From Octopus vulgaris (taxonomy: Eukaryota), in NCBI GenBank assembly GCA_951406725.2, contig OX597817.1:110298001-110362000 (forward strand): a stretch of 64,000 nucleotides of DNA. Reading direction: 5' to 3'. Below are positions 63,137 to 64,000 of this stretch, piece by piece; position 1 is the stretch's first letter, and each line of letters begins with the position of its first letter. The notes beneath the pieces are model-generated. The model searched no databases and was not told the DNA's origin. It saw only the letters and a list, made by a program, of their open reading frames with translations. The translations under genes and the position numbers were made by a program.

Positions 63137-64000
63137 GTAAGTCAAAGTAGTTAGGTTTGTATGTAATGTATAATTGGTTTCAAATTTTGGCACAATGCCA
63201 ATAATGTATGGAGATGGGGGTAAATCGATTACGTCGACCCCCCCCCCCCCCGGTGTTCATCTGGTACTTTTTTTATTGACCCCGAAAGAATGAAAGGCAA
63301 AGTCAACCTTGGTGGAATATGAACTCAGAATATAAAGACGGACCAAATGCCGCTAAGCATTTTCCCTGTCAGACTAACGACTCTGCCAGCTCGCTACGTT
63401 ATGTTAACAGCAGAGTGGCTAAATGTATAAGTTTTTGCACTACAATTCCACAGGACTTGTGTTCAGATCCCTAGTAAATATTTTGACATCATTGTAGACT
63501 TAATTCTTTTTCACTTAGTTGTTGAAAATAAGTGGCAAACTTTCCAAGTTACTTGCTTGAACTAGCACCCAATCAAGGGGTGGAAAGATTTAGTTCTATC
63601 ATATATAAAGCAGATTGGCACAAACCATCAGAATTTCTTAAGGTTTTTAAAATATTTGCACAGATATTGAAAAAGCTAGTTCAGGTGGTAAAATGCAGTT
63701 GACAAGGAACATAACTCTGTTGAATAACATTTGGTTAGCTCCACTTCGAGCAGACATCTTGTCAAACAGTGCTATATTTTTGCGTATGTAGAGCTACATT
63801 TCTAGAGTAATCTGATTACTATTTCTAGCAGTTTGAACGAGTGCATAGAGGTTACTTTGTTGACTCATTGAAAACACCTTTTCCAGTATTTACTCTATTT
63901 TTACTCTTATACTTGTTTCAGTCATTTGACTGGCCATGCTGGAGCACCACCTTTAGTCAAGCAAATCAACCCCAGGACTGATTTTTTGTAAGCCTAGTAC

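Overview
This is AT-rich, intron-rich animal DNA dominated by microsatellites and interspersed repeats. The SINE families and AT/ATAC/ATC microsatellites look like an octopus (coleoid cephalopod) genome; that assignment is an inference. Host genes: (1) a complete TRMT1 tRNA m2,2G26 dimethyltransferase on the minus strand, with 4 coding exons, about 645 aa and a C-terminal CCCH finger; (2) head-to-head with it, the first two coding exons of phosphomevalonate kinase (PMVK, plus strand, missed by the ORF track); (3) two exons of an unrecognised secreted precursor with a signal peptide, an RERR furin site and a CCP motif (minus strand, 31153-25824). The rest is a mix of mobile elements: Tigger, two mariners, Merlin-, piggyBac- and hAT-type MITEs, Helitrons, Ty3/gypsy, CRE, R4, RTE and CR1/L2-group LINEs, and two Penelope-like elements (PLEs). 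The most notable signal is a recurring architecture of a forward element plus an upstream inverted copy of its 3' part. It occurs in a Naiad-type PLE, a second PLE remnant and several non-coding elements. Three unrelated families carry minimal type-I hammerhead ribozyme motifs, and one of these is fused to a tRNA-derived Pol III head. This suggests a PLE-mobilised, hammerhead-bearing SINE/retrozyme-like system. All calls come from reading the sequence; no searches were run, and repeat boundaries are approximate unless TSD or TIR bases are quoted.
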